Below are positions 1 to 12,949 of a stretch of DNA of 64,000 nt, piece by piece. The notes beneath the pieces are model-generated. The model saw only the letters and a list, made by a program, of their open reading frames with translations. It did no database searches and was not told the origin of the DNA. The stretch lies in the NCBI RefSeq assembly GCF_963921235.1, contig NC_086108.1:76758001-76822000 (forward strand). The letters are read 5' to 3'. Source of the DNA: Mobula hypostoma (taxonomy: Eukaryota). The translations under genes and the position numbers were made by a program. Every line of letters begins with the position of its first letter. The first letter of the stretch is position 1.

Positions 1-54
1 GTCCTTCAGCTGACTCTAACCGTTCTAGGCAGGCTTGAAATAGATCTTTAACCT

Positions 55-400
55 TGGACTTTTCCAGAGTCAAAACTGTTTCATACTGCTGCTATTCCCT
101 CAGGTGAAACTCCAGTATTCCAGGTGTAGTTCAATTTTTGATGAGCCTGTTCTTCAAAACTGCAGTTATCTGCCAACAATCTTAACTGTGTAAAGGAACT
201 ATCTAAGGATTCTCTAAGCTCTTGATTGCATACAAGGAATCAGAGATGCTCAAATGTTTCATTTCTAAATTCTTGTAATATATCTCATGCATTCTCCAGA
301 GTCTCATATGAGAGTTTTATGGAATAGTACAAGATTCTCCCCTTGTGACCAATAAGATACAATAATGCCTTTACTTTTGTCAGGTCTGGTTTATCCACCG
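55..400 (-). mobile_element. Degenerate Gypsy-type LTR retrotransposon gag relic
   Basis: Manual minus-strand translation gives VDKPDLTKVKALLYLIGHKGRILY...DILQEFRNETFEHL*FLVCNQELRESLDSSFTQLRLLADNCSF, followed by VLTLEK. This fits the Gypsy gag pattern (LL.LIG..G / NET.ER..F..R.Q...ES.D...T.LR.LA..C.F / LTLEK). The stops are TGA, consistent with CpG decay. Confidence 0.7.
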
Positions 401-491
401 TTATCGGCTCAATACTGCCTGTAACTGTTTCTTGCATTGTTCTCATTCTTTAAACAGATTACTTACCTGGAAATTGAGAGGCTCCTCAACT

Positions 492-590
492 ATAGATAAA
501 ATAAAGAATACTACAGCACAATATCAACCATTCAGCCCACAATGTATTGAACTTTAAACCTACTCCAATCTAACCCTTTCCTTCCACATC
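492..590 (-). mobile_element. CR1-type 3' tail remnant
   Basis: TACAGCACAATATCAACCATTCAGCCCACAATG resembles the CR1 3' end seen at 46000-46610. Confidence 0.5.
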
Positions 591-1039
591 TTAGTGTTTC
601 TGTAGTATCTCAGTTTAGTCACACAGCTTTCTGATTTCAGGCACATATTTATGCATCATCTGAGGTGGGAGGCATCACACCTGAAATTCAACCATTAAGG
701 TTCGAGTACAGAATGTTAAACTTTTTAGTTTCTTCAGCAAGGACTTCTGATACCATGTCCTTGGTACCTTCTTTCATTCATTCTCATCAGGCACTGGGGC
801 ATAGCCAGTGATTTAAACCAATGAGCAAAGATCCTTATTTATAAAATAATTCACATTATGCAAAACAGTATTTCTTACAGCAGGTTTTACTACAGGGGAG
901 GACAACTTTCGGTCACTTTTCCGCTGACTCAACAGTGGAGAGCAGTTGGTCACATGCCAAAATTCTTACAGTGGGACCAACCAAAATTGTATATATCTCA
1001 GAACATAATTATTTTACTATGCTATTGCATTGTGCTATA

Positions 1040-1206
1040 TGTAATTGTGCTTTTGTTTCTTGTGAAAATTGTGTATAATTTATGTTTTTTTTCTTGTGAA
1101 TGCTGCTTATGTGATGCTCTGTGCCTATGAAACTGCTGCAGTATGTTTTTCACTACACCTGTGCAAGCGTGTACTGGCACATATGACAATAAACTCGACT
1201 TCGACT
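1040..1206 (+). mobile_element. LINE 3' UTR remnant (Rex1/L2-like)
   Basis: T-rich UTR ending GACAATAAACTCGACTTCGACT, a polyA signal followed by a short tandem tail. Confidence 0.5.
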
Positions 1207-1828
1207 GAGTGCAGTTAGCGTTCAGTGAGAAAGGAAATTAATACGTTGATGCGACTAAACAAGGAATCATAGAATTGATATTGCACAGGTGGAGGTCATT
1301 GTCCAAACAAGCCCGCATTAGATGTCCATAAGGCAATTCAGGAATTTTCATTCCCATACATTTTCCTTGAAGCCCTGCAAATTATTCTTCTTCAAGTGTC
1401 TGTTCTCAAATGGCTAAATGGCTACACTGCTGATGTCCATTCTGCTGTGCCGGAAGGGGTGAGGGCCTGAAACTTGTGGTCATGATGACTTTGACTGGCA
1501 GGCAGGTCTTTTGGAAGTGGGGTCCTCGTTCAGGCTCATGTTAAACTCAGTCAGCCATGTCTGGCTGTCCATTTTTCCAGTATGCCCAGAACCACACTCC
1601 CAAAATAGACTTTTGGGTTCATTCATTGGGAGTCATTTGCCCTTTCAAGCACTTTTTTGCTCCACTTGTGGGATATGGGTCTCAGTAGCCTCTTCAGAGC
1701 CCACAGACCTGGGATGTAAATAAGTAATCACTGGTTCTGAGGGACTGCCTGAGAAGAAGTAGAGGAAGCCATAACCCTCAAGCTGACTTCCTGCTAAACC
1801 TATAAGGGAGGACTACTCATATATTACT

Positions 1829-2046
1829 AGGCTGGCTGGTGGCGTAGTGGCATCAGCGCCGGACTTTGGAACGAAGGCTCTGAGTTCAAATCCAGCCGGC
1901 TCCCTTGCACACTTTCCATCCGTGCTGGGTTGAGTGTCAAGCTAGCAACTTGGCCTCATAAAAATAAGAAAGCCTGCTAAAAAAATGCCGTTATGGCGCT
2001 GTCCTGATGACTCCACTTGGAGTTAAGGGCTTTCTTCTTCTTCTTC
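1829..2046 (+). mobile_element. tRNA-derived SINE, full length
   Basis: A box TGGCGTAGTGG (1840-1850), B box GAGTTCAAATCC (1882-1893), 3' stem-loop and (TTC)n tail. Flanking TSD ACTCATATATT(A/T)CT at 1815-1828 and 2047-2060. Confidence 0.85.
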
Positions 2047-2532
2047 ACTCATATATTTCTGCACTATATCTGGGGCTATAGAGATATCTGGAGACACAGG
2101 GAGTGCCACATCAGGGCATGTGAGGGCACTAGTATTGTGAGGGCACTAGTACTGTATAAAACTTTAGGAATCCCTTATCACTTCCTCATTTGTTTCCTTC
2201 CATGAGCTTAAGTAAAAGGTTGTATTGAAATTCATCTCCATAGTTTATCATTTCAGCACCAAAAAGTGAATGAATAGAGTTGGAATTAATGTTTCAATTC
2301 CTGACATGTGTAAACTTGGGTCCTTATCTCTCAGTGGGGCATTTGCCATTGATGACCTCCTGTCTCCGTCTTCTGAAGTCGTTGGAGTTCATCAATGTTT
2401 CTGTAATCCGTTACATCTGCTGTGCAAGGGAATGGCCAATATATAACTTCACCAGAGCCCAGTTGGTCAGTTACCCATTTTGACCTCTCACGACAGGGAC
2501 GTAGGGTCGGACTTCAAGAGGCATGTGTAAAC

Positions 2533-3035
2533 AAGCTGATTTATACTTCTGCGTCAACTCGTCGCCGTAACCTATGCAAGTGGCCTACACACGTTGTCAG
2601 CATTTATACTTGTGCATTGGTGTGTCTGCGTCGCTCTGAAATTCAGGCACGTCACGCATGCGCACACACCTGCCCATGCAAGGCTTCATGGTCATGGTAG
2701 TCTTTCTCGGGGTAAACAAGCTTAAAGCAAGCGTCTTTTCTCGTAAAAGCGAAATGTGTCCTTCATAATTTTGAAGGACTGTAAAGCTTTATGGAAAGCA
2801 TTGCAGCCAGAGTTCCTTCCCTGCCCTTCAGTTGCCCAGTGGGAAGCTATTGCAGCGTAGGAGGAAATGCGATGCTACCAAGCGGACCAGTCACACTTGT
2901 TTGGTCTGCATTGCTGCGACGCGCAGTTACATTTTGGGAGAGGTGCGCGTCAGGCTACGGCGTAGGGATCCGCGTAGGCTCTGCGTAGGGTTTGCGGCGA
3001 CGCCGTCGAGTTGACACCGAAGTATAAATCAGCCT
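2533..3035. mobile_element. Non-autonomous DNA transposon (MITE), PIF/Harbinger-like
   Basis: ~30-bp terminal inverted repeats AAGCTGATTTATACTTCTGCGTCAACTCG and CGAGTTGACACCGAAGTATAAATCAGCCT. The interior is CpG-rich and non-coding. The TSD is not clean, so the superfamily call is tentative. Confidence 0.8.
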
Positions 3036-3507
3036 TTAGTTGGTGTTTAAAGCCCAAGATTTGCATTGCTTGCATTCCATATGAAAACAGGAAAATCATG
3101 GACTCTCCCTTAATAAATATTCAGCAACTGATTTGCATTTCTGATGAGAGTGTAACACATTCGCGTGAGAGTGTATACTTGCTGGAGAAGCAAAAAAGAT
3201 TCAAGAACAGAATTCAGTGGGTGGGTAGGAAGGCATCAAATTGAAAAGCATTCTGACACTTGCACCATCCCATTAACAGGAATTTCCAGAGAATAGTTAC
3301 AGCCTTCACTGTAATATGTGAGGCATTCAGCAATAGCATTGATATAGACTGACTCTTTGGTTTTGGATATTGTTTAATAATATGGTTGCCAGGAAGATGA
3401 TAAAAATACCAAATTAAAAATCATAATTTATTTTTACATAGGATAATTTCCCCCTTAAATTGCAGGGTGAAAACTATATTCCCCAAAATGGAAGCGAAAT
3501 ATTGTTG

Positions 3508-3670
3508 GAAAAGAGTACTGTCGAATTTTCGGGCTGAAGGCCCTTCATCAGTGTCTTGGCTGAAACGTCGACTGTAGTCTTTTCCATAGATGCTGCCCGA
3601 CCTGCTGAGTTCCTCCAGCATTTTGTGTGTGTTGCCTGGATTTCCAGCATCTGCAGATTTTCTCTTGTTT
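3508..3670. mobile_element. Penelope-like element terminal fragment, head-to-head inversion with hammerhead remnants
   Basis: Minus arm reads CTGATGAAGGGCCTTCAGCCCGAAAATTCGAC. Plus arm runs from GTCTTGGCTGAAACGTCGACT to the 3' end CAGCATCTGCAGATTTTCTCTTGTTT. TSD GC(G/A)AAATATTGTTG at 3494-3507 and 3671-3684. Confidence 0.8.
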
Positions 3671-4825
3671 GCAAAATATTGTTGTCAGATTGCAAGAAGC
3701 CATCAAATAAGGTGTGATGGTAGCATTTCCTTTGTGTCAGTTTCCCACAGCAATCTGATTAAACTGTGGAATTTACCACAGGGAAATTAGTGAATGCCGC
3801 TTGGGGAGGAAGATGTGTGTAAGTAAAAGGACAAAATGTGAAGAATGCTACAGTTGCTCAAATAATCCAGATAGATCACCTATGACTCTAGTGTGCTACC
3901 TAATGAATATTTTTCACTGAAATAGCAGCTTTCATACTATCTGTTCTAGGAATGGCATCCAGCCAAAAACTCGGTGGTATTTGATAATGATGCTATGGAC
4001 AAAACCTGAGGTGTTTTCATTATTGTTCCTTACTGCTGACTGCTACTGAAGTGCTTACTCCCTTGGCCCACTGTTGAACCTGGTTAAAGGGTAGAGTCAC
4101 CAGATAAAAAACTAGATTGTGGGGTTTTGGTTGTTTCATCATGAAGCAATGAAAAATATGATTTACCCAGGTACCCACTTCAGACATTAAACTGGCATTC
4201 CCAGCATATGTTACCCTCATATGTCTGACAAGACTAACACAGCAAAATGTCTCATTCTGTATTAGAGGTTGGGACATATGGGTACAAGTAGACCAAGTCA
4301 ATCCATATTAACTACGGTTGAGTATTTGCAGGAAACTAGCCCTTCTAGTTCTTTGTGGTGAAGACCAGATTGAAACCCAGCATCTGTAAGTCCCATGACA
4401 TATTTCAGTCTTTACAGCCCATTGTTCCCCCATTGTATAGACTCATCATATTCCTATCCCCATCCCTGACCCCTCAACTCCTCGATGATCCACTAAACTC
4501 CCATTCCAGGTTACTGATGGATCCAACCCCAATTCTCTTGTCCTGCCCAATTGATTTTCCAGGGCTTCCAGTGGAGACCCCAATCTCATCCATACTCCTC
4601 CCTAACTCCATCAAATTACTTCAGGCAGGCCTCTGATACCAGCTTCTCTCATCCCACCCTCAGCCTCAGGGCCTCTATTTTTGTCCAATGCCCATTCATT
4701 TGTGGTGTTATTTGGCAGGAATAACAGAAATTATCTTTGGCAACCATTCCTGTGACCTTTCAGAATTTTGAGGCCATCATGTCAGATGAATTTTAGGGAA
4801 CAGCCATCTCCAAAACACGTTTCCT

Positions 4826-5122
4826 CTATTTACTTTATACTTTATTGTCGTCAAACAATTGATACTAGAGCGTACAATCATCACAGCGATATTTGATTCT
4901 GTTCTTCGTGCTCCCTGGAGTACAAATCGATAGTAAATATTAAAAATTTAAATTATAAGTCATAAATAGAAAATAGAAAAGGGAAAGTAAGGTAGTGCAA
5001 AAAAAACCGAGAGGCAAGTCCGGATATTTGGCGGGTACGGCCCACATCCGGGTCAGGATCCGTCAGCAGTCTTATCACAGTTGGAAAGAAGCTGTTCCCA
5101 AATCTGGCCGTATGAGTCTTCC
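4826..5122 (-). mobile_element. Rex1/Babar-like LINE 3' end
   Basis: Reverse complement of the 25187-25548 element: RT C-terminus, 3' UTR and AATAAAGTATAAAGTA tail. Confidence 0.8.
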
Positions 5123-6772
5123 ATCAATTAACGTGATAGCCCACAGATTTAAGTGCTGATCGCTCTGCCTCGGCATGTTGTGAGGTAGTGACTCTTGTAG
5201 ATTTGAATTAATATGTATATATAAAGTTTTCCAAAGAAGTAGTTGTGCATTGGATTAACAAAAAAATAATTTGTATTAGTATTGCTTCCTGACCAAATGA
5301 CTTGGGCAAATAATTTGATGAATGTTGCTGATTGTTACAGGATACCTGTGAGCTATATTTCTTTATAAGTTCCAATTAGTTTCCACTTCATTGAAGAATT
5401 TATTTTTATTAATTAGATAGATGTAATAGTAATGTGCTGTTTCAGCCCACCTGATAATGAAGAGATTTTCCACTGCTTCCGACACCAGCTGGCTATTAAG
5501 TTGACAAGTCCTCAGCTTCTCAGTGCTGTTTAAAATTGGAATTTGTATTGGCATCTCAGAAAGCAGAGAACAGCTGACTCTAGGAACAGCTATTACATTA
5601 GTTTGGGTTTTCTAAGATGGGCAATCCAGCATTTTAAGATCTGTATTACCGATTAAAACTGAAGTACTAGGGAAACTGATTGTGAAGGTTGTGTTGTTTG
5701 ATGGAAATTGCAAGATTTGTCATAAACGTAGTCTGATGTATAAAGAAATAAGAGGGTCTGAAAATGATATGGTCTTTAGAAACGAAAGGATGCTTATTGA
5801 GTAACTTGCATTATAATGACTCCTTTTTTAAAAAATGAAATAGACATAAAGAAACGCCATTAACTTTCATTCTGGTGTCTTCCATGCTGTTTACAAAATT
5901 GATTAGGCAATGAGTGCTGACAGCATCATAGAGTTATGAAACTTGATGTGTGACAGAGTTAAACTAACATGTACAATTGAAATTGAAGCCGTTCCAATTT
6001 GTTTTCTTGGAAATTCTCTCCCCAGTCATGCCATCCATACACAATACTCAGTGTAAATGCAAGCAATGATATAAAATAGCAGTCATTAATGGTAATTTTT
6101 CAGAACCAGAGTTTTCAAAGGGTGGCTCTAGTGTTAAAGCTGAATTGCAGTATCCAGTATTGAATGCAGTGACAATTGCTGCTAATTCAATTAAAGGAGC
6201 CTGTATGAAACAGTGGCCGGGACCTGGCTGGTGGGAGACAACCTTTCTTAAATGACGTGCAGTTGTACAGCTAATCCTCTCTCTAATAGATGGAGCAGGG
6301 AATTGCTATGCTCTGTAATTGTTGAACGGTATCGGAAAAATAAAACTGTAAACTCAGTCAGGAGTCAGAGGTTTGAAAAGTTTATTGCTCAAGGTCACCT
6401 CCATAAATCATGGTTAGGAGGCAGGCACTCCAGTGATACCCTTTTGCTCAGGCTCTGAAGCATTCAGGTGTGGCTCTGCAGGCAGCTAAAGGAGGTTAAC
6501 CCTCAGAGGCCTGGAGCAGCATTTTCACATGTTTTTAAATTCCTGCCTTCCAAAGGGAGTGAGGTTCCTCCCTACAGATTTATTGTTTCCTAATGCGGTT
6601 CGAAAATAGCTTAATGCAGGTCTCTGAGCTGCAAGGCAAGTGTGGGAGGGTTGGTCATGCACATCTTTAAGCATTCTCCAAAGGGTGTAAATATTACATC
6701 AACGTTAGGGGAAGATGGATGAAAGAGTGAACTAAATATGTTTTTTAAAAGCTCCTGTGATTGGGTGAGAAT

Positions 6773-6815
6773 GGGGAAGTGGGCTTGGGAGAAAGGGTGG
6801 GGGTGGGGGTGGGGG
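6773..6815 (+). other. G-quadruplex-forming G-tract cluster
   Basis: Seven runs of at least 3 G in 43 nt, including GGGTGGGGGTGGGGGTGGGGG. Confidence 0.6.
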
Positions 6816-7279
6816 TGGAAAGTGAGAAAAAATACCATTAAGATGCTTTTACAAAAAGTTATAAGTAGTAAATGAGCTATTCAGTTTATAGCTGGAAAGA
6901 CTGTACTTCCTAGTTAGCACCCAGTTCAACTTGCTAAGCTGGTATTTATTACTGGGTGAGGAGAGAAAACATTTACATTTCTATGCAGTCAAAATATATT
7001 GATAACTATTTTAAAATCTACATTTCTTGAACTTGCTGCATACTTTTACTCTTTCAGCATTTTGTACTTTCCTATATCTTTCTGACAGCTTCAGACAGAA
7101 TTTCCATTTGCCAAATTTTGACTGCTTGCAAAGTTTCAAATGATTGATTGTTCCACAGGTCATAACCTTTTTAAGATAGGTCATTATACCAAAACTTTGC
7201 CAGTGAGAAGTTCTAGGTTTACATATAGTAATCCAGGTAACATGTTTCTACCTTTCCTTCAAGACAACAACTAGTATAT

Positions 7280-7860
7280 AAACACAAGAGATTCTCAGAT
7301 GCTGGAAATCTAGAACAACACACACAAAATGCTGGAGGAACTCAGCAGGTCAGCCAACGTCGATGGAAGTGAATAAGCAGTCAATATTTTGGGCCAAGAC
7401 CCTTTATCAGGATTGGAATGGAAGGGGAAAGATGCTGGAATAAGAATGTGAAGGGGGGGGGTGCAGAAGGAGGACAAGCTGGAAAATGATAGCTGAAACC
7501 AGGTGGAGTGGTGGGAATGAAGTATGAAGCTGGGAGGTGATTGGTGGAAAATGCAAAAGGCTGGAGAAGAAGGAATCTGATAAGAGAGGACAGTGGACCA
7601 TGGGAGAAAGGGGAAGAGGAGGTGATAGGCACGTGAGGAGAAGAGGCAGGAGGCCAGAGTGAGGAACAGAAAATTATTAGGAGTTAGAGAAATCAATGTT
7701 CATGCCATCCAGTTGGAGTCTACCTAGGCGGAATATGTGGTGTTGCCCCTCCAACCTGAGAGTGGCCTCATCCAGGCAGAAGAGGAGGCCACGTGTCAGA
7801 ACAGGAAAGGGGATAGGATTTAAAATGGTCAGCCACTGGCAAATTCAGCCTTTTACAGAT
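7280..7860 (-). mobile_element. Penelope-like element 3' fragment (GIY-YIG C-terminus plus pLTR with decayed hammerhead)
   Basis: Colinear with the left arm at 56710-57338. The hammerhead has decayed to CTGATAAAGGGTCTTGGCCCAAAATATT. Confidence 0.8.
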
Positions 7861-9601
7861 GATACATTTCATGGACAAAGGCACCTTAAATGTAGTTTAA
7901 ATCCATACTCCTCAATCCTCATCTGGGAGAATGCAAATGAATGTAAACGCTGCTGCTGATAATAATGTACAAGCTTCCATTAGGAGTCATTTGATAAGGA
8001 CTGGTAGTTAGAACCTTAGTTACTTTCTCAGTGGATTTGCCCAGGTTCAGAGATTTGAAGGATGATTTATTCAATGTGGTCAGCGTTTACTTCAGGTAAG
8101 TTAAATTTGTTTTCTCTTGCTCGATATCAAGGGCCCAAATTTTAGAAGGAGTGAAGCTTGTTAAGGTGAACCATTTGCCTTACTCTAAACTAATCTTTTA
8201 AGTTCAACAAGAATTTTTTATTTTGGCTGAATGGTAAAGAGAAAGTGAGCCTTGAATCAAGCTCAAACACCTTCGCTAACTCATTCAGTATGAGGAAAAT
8301 GCAACGGGCAAATTTCTGCCAGGGATCTGAGAAACCACTCAAAACGTGAATGGGGTAGACAGAGTTTGTAGGGAATCTACCTAGACTGGGAACTTGCTGA
8401 GATTGAGTTCCATGTTAAATTCCAAATTCCGCCTGAATCCAATCCTTCATTTAAGTGGATTCAAGTTGCTTCAAAAGGGGGAAAAAATCTGAAAGATGGC
8501 TAAGCGGAAATGAGACAAATCCTTGACAAATCATAGTCTATATTTGGTATATGTTGGGATATAACATGATGGAAATAACGTAGAAACCTGTTTACTGGCA
8601 CTGAAATTCTAATTTTTGATTGGACTTTGATTAAAGCTGCAAACACAGCAACTTTAACACAATCTTCAGAGTGCTGAATTAGGTTCATCTAACTATATTC
8701 ATGTTATTCCACCTTACTACCACTGAATACTCTGTCTACCTGCAAACTATGGCTTGTCCAGGTCAGGAGTCAACCACTTATGATGTAGTTTACGGGGAAT
8801 ACTTAGCAGCAGTCAGAGAAAGCTGGAGCGGGTATGGCACTCATATTTCCATCGTTCCTTCGGGAGCTTTGAGCTTTAAATGCTTCCTTAACTCTAACTC
8901 CTTGCTGCAGGGCACGCTTGTTAATTTCCCTGATGCTGAAATCTGCTGCTGGATTTAACCCCCAAAGTTTCCAGCCTTCCCCTTTAAATGGTTGCTACAG
9001 GGCCACTATGAGCAGATGTTTGATCGTATTTCCTGCTGCCCAAATGCTGAGGTTTCCTGTGACGGTGGAATTAGTGCTAGCAATTTGTGGTGAGGCCATT
9101 GTGTGGAGAGAGTGGTCATCTCACACGTCCAGTGTGAAACTCAATCAGAATAGATACCTATGGTTCTTTGTGAATTTCAATTACAGTTAATTCTAATGAA
9201 AGGTCATCAGTTTAAAGTACTAGTGCTGTTTCTTTCCCAGCTGATAGCATTTGACCTGTTCAGTATTTCCAACGTATTCTATTTTTACTTTGAATTTTCA
9301 GTATCTGCACTTTTTTGCTTTTTATTTAAACTTCCTTTCTTGCTTCTGCCCTGAATGTCCATTTGGTTTCTGTAAAGAGAAATGTTTCTTAAAGTCTACT
9401 CACATAAAGATGCTACTTCAAGTAGATTTCTCATTTATTATGAAAATCGCTGAGGGTTCTCAGTTTGCAGAGCGAGGTCAGAGTGACCTTACCATTCATA
9501 GAGGACCTGGCAGAGAGAAAAGTGTATTATAGAATGCATATGGAGAGTTGCCTCAGCTGCAAACGAAAGACAGTGCCAGGACCACTGCTTTTTTATAGAG
9601 G

Positions 9602-9737
9602 TACAAGAGACTGCAGATACTAGAATCTGGAACAATAAACAATCAGCTGCATTAACTCATCAGGTCAAGCAGCATCTGATGGGGGAAAAGAATTGTAAAC
9701 CTTCAGGATGAAACTCTGCATTAAGTCTATTGTTTGT
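9602..9737 (-). mobile_element. Old Penelope-like terminal fragment
   Basis: ACAAGAGACTGCAGATACTAGAATCTGG...CAGGTCAAGCAGCATCTG resembles the PLE 3' terminus. There is a short inverted piece at the right end. Confidence 0.55.
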
Positions 9738-9829
9738 TGCCCTTTTTTGAGGCATATTAATGACTTGGATATGTTTGGGCAGGATAAAATTTCAAGCTAT
9801 ATTTCCGATCCAGTGAAAACTGTACCAGG

Positions 9830-10570
9830 ATAATAAATTACAAGAGGTCTTGGGCAAACCGAAAGAGCAGGCAAGAGGCAGATGAAATTAAATGCAGAGG
9901 ACTGTGGTGAAAAGCATTCCATATAGCATAAATAATTCATTACTGAAGGAGGTATAAAGAACCTGTGATAGTGTCCATAAATCTTTGAAAACGGCAAGAC
10001 ATGTTGAGAGAGCAGTTGGTAAATCAAATGGGATCTGGGCTTCATATATAGGGGTAAAATTAAAGAACTGTTGAACTTCTCTAAAACATCGGTTAGCCAC
10101 ATTTGGAGTATTGAGACCAATTCACTTTATGTAAGATGTGAAGATCTTAAACAAGCTGCAGAAAAGATTAATTGCAATGATTGCAAAAGTAAGGAGTTTC
10201 AGCTCTCATGTTCGACTAGAGATGGTGGATGCATTTCTAAAATAAAGAAGGTTGAGAGAAGATTTGATAGAAGTGTACAAAGCCATGATTGATCTGAATA
10301 TGTCATACACATAGAGATTATTCACATTAACAATAGACCAGAGGATACATACACAAAAGTGTTGGGTAAAAGGGGAATGTGAGGTAAAATACATCTATAC
10401 AAAGGGTGGTTCTGATCTGGAGCTCCCTGCTTGTAATAGTGCTACAAACAGTGTCAATCAAAGCCATCAGAAGGGAATTTATAATGTACTTGAGGCAAAG
10501 TAAATTAAAATGGCAGAGGTTCAATGGGCCAGATGCCCTCTTCTGTGATTCCGTGGTTCTAGGATTCTAT
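9830..10570 (+). mobile_element. Degenerate CR1 LINE, RT C-terminus and 3' end
   Basis: CAGATGAAATTAAATGCAGAGGACTGT matches the WQM.FN..KC motif. Ends AATGGGCCAGATGCCCTCTTCTGTG...TTCTAGGATTCTAT. Confidence 0.65.
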
Positions 10571-11249
10571 TCAAATGTAACACTTGTATTGGGAATATAA
10601 TAAAAATATATGGACTGCTTGGAGTCAAACTCAGAAGTAATTGTAATAAATGGTTTTTATTACTGTCCTGATTATTACAAATATTTGGCAGCAAGCAATT
10701 AATTTTAAATGTATTGCGTTTAGTCATACAGTGTATGCTTTGCTGTTTGCTTTTTTGTAATTCTGAATTTTGAGGCAAAGTTCCTCAGTCACCTCTCTAA
10801 TAGGATAAGACATCTGTTACGAGACAATAAAGTTTCAAAATGGATTCATCAGATTCCTGTTCGGAGTCTGGTCTTTCCCACAAAGTTACACTTACAGAAT
10901 TTCTATTGCAATACTCTGTAAATAAAGGATTCCCCTTATTCCCCGACTCCAGTTCATATGCTGTTGTTTATGGTGCTCAGCTTAAGTCATGAGTACAGTT
11001 GGTAATTTGCATTCTTTAGCCACATACCTCACACATTAGTGGTATTATTTTTTCTAACTTGGTTAGGTCGAAGACTAAATACATGTCAGTAGAAAGAGAA
11101 TAAGCAAACCTTTTTCTATAAGCTGATATTTGCATTCCTTATATAGTTTATGAATCCTTAGTGGATTGGAAAGTTTCAAACAGTTCTAACAGTACGCTGT
11201 CAAACTGCTCAAAGAACTTAGGAATCATTCCAGAGTGGTTGAGTCTGAC

Positions 11250-11406
11250 AATGTGAGTGTGCTATGCTGGTGCTGGATGTGTGGTGACACTTACAGGGTG
11301 CCCCAGCACTTTTTAGGTTGTGTTGGTTTTCGATACAAATGACGTATTTCACTGTATGTTTCGACGTACTGTACACGTGATAAATAAACCTGCATCTGAA
11401 TCTGAA
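11250..11406 (+). mobile_element. SINE 3' portion with (TCTGAA)n tail
   Basis: Ends GATAAATAAACCTGCATCTGAATCTGAA. A related inverted copy lies at 44307-44427. Confidence 0.55.
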
Positions 11407-11454
11407 ACCAGTTACAGATAGGCATTCTGTGATAGATTTTTTAATATAGATTTA

Positions 11455-11690
11455 AGTACGTATATGTATCTATATGTGAGCAAGTCGTAGTTACTTCTGA
11501 ATGAAAGTGTGTGGCAGTGTATGTAAATTTGTGTGCTTAGATATGATGTGTATATGTATGTATATATGTGTGTATATGTATATATTATGTGTGTGTGTGT
11601 ATGAATTCTATACATGGGTGTGGTATGTATTCATGTGAGATATGTATTTTAAATATATACATATATGTATATATTTACGTAGATACTCAG
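11455..11690. repeat. Degenerate (TA)/(TG) microsatellite, low complexity
   Basis: Interspersed TATATG and TGTGTG runs. Confidence 0.85.
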
Positions 11691-12949
11691 CGTACATGTT
11701 TGATTATCAATACTAAGGGGTCAGACATTGAGAAGAAAATCCCTTCAATAAAAGTCAATACTCTATTTAAAGAGTTTAGTTTTATTTCAGAATTTATTCC
11801 ATTTTCAAAAGTGAGAACTATTTGAAGGCAACCAAGACTATTTATTACTCCCCAGGGAATCAATTTGAGGAAGGAAGCTGATTCTTTGCAAAATGAAGCA
11901 CAAAAAATTCTTTAATAAAGAAAAAAAAGGTAAAAAGATACTATTGCAAGGCACTGAATATTTAACGACCGAAGCACTCACAGCGTTCTCCAGTGGTGTA
12001 TAAATGCCTGACTGTTTTTTGTTTAGGCAACAGTCGTTGTAATTGGAAGCCTGAGCTTTGTGCTTTGTACTGTGTTACATTCTCTAATAGAGTGAAAAGA
12101 ACACAACTACAAGCATCTGCTGAATGAAACAGTATCCAGCATGTCTCACAGCATGCAAGCAGAGAAATAACAAATAATATAAGTGCTACCACTTTGTGCC
12201 AAGACCTGGGTACAATAAGAACGAGGCTTCTGTTTCACTTTACAGTGTTTACTGATTCAGCTTGGGTCTCAGTCTTTCTTCTTCACACTCTCTTTCTTAT
12301 CAATCAATAAAGATCAGCTGGATGACATTCCGTACCAGTAAAAATAAGCCACTTAGTAAAAGGACTAATACAATCCTCATGTTATCACCATAGCTAGATT
12401 AATAGTGTTGCTATTATTTGCTTCAATAACTTATCACTACAGCAGGCTGTAAAACAGTATTTAACACTTTGATACAAAGACTCATCGTGGGTTTCATTTT
12501 GCATTGTACCAACAGATCCTTAGGGTAACTTTTTATTTTGAAGAACTGCAAGAACAATTAGAGGAATATTATAACCTTTTATTCAGATGAAGGGGCTATG
12601 CCATAATTGACATTTTTTTAATTTTAAAAAATTATACTTGAATAATATGCTTCAAATTAGGAAATCCCTTCATGGACAGATATGTAACACTTCCATTCAA
12701 AGGTATATTTAATGGTCAGGAAAAAAAGTGAGAGGTTCATAGTGTATCACAAAAACATGACACCTTAGAATTAATTCTCACATCTCCATTTCCTAGTTCC
12801 TAAGAGCTTTTCCTCCATGATATTTTGCACTATCTTACTGAGTGCTCCAAGGTTGTGACTCAAAATAATTCTTTATTACTTTCCCCTTGGAGGGATTGAG
12901 CCTGTGCATTCTGCCAGCCATTTAATTGTTAAACTTATCCACAAGGTTT

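Noticed and set aside
1829..1905. tRNA gene
   Set aside because: A and B boxes are followed by a SINE body, (TTC)n tail and TSD, so it is a SINE head.
2001..2030. GTCCTGATGACTCCACTTGGAGTTAAGGGC in the SINE tail resembles a hammerhead (CUGAUGA plus stem)
   Set aside because: TTAA stands where GAAA is required and there is no stem III or NUH. It folds better as a simple 3' stem-loop.
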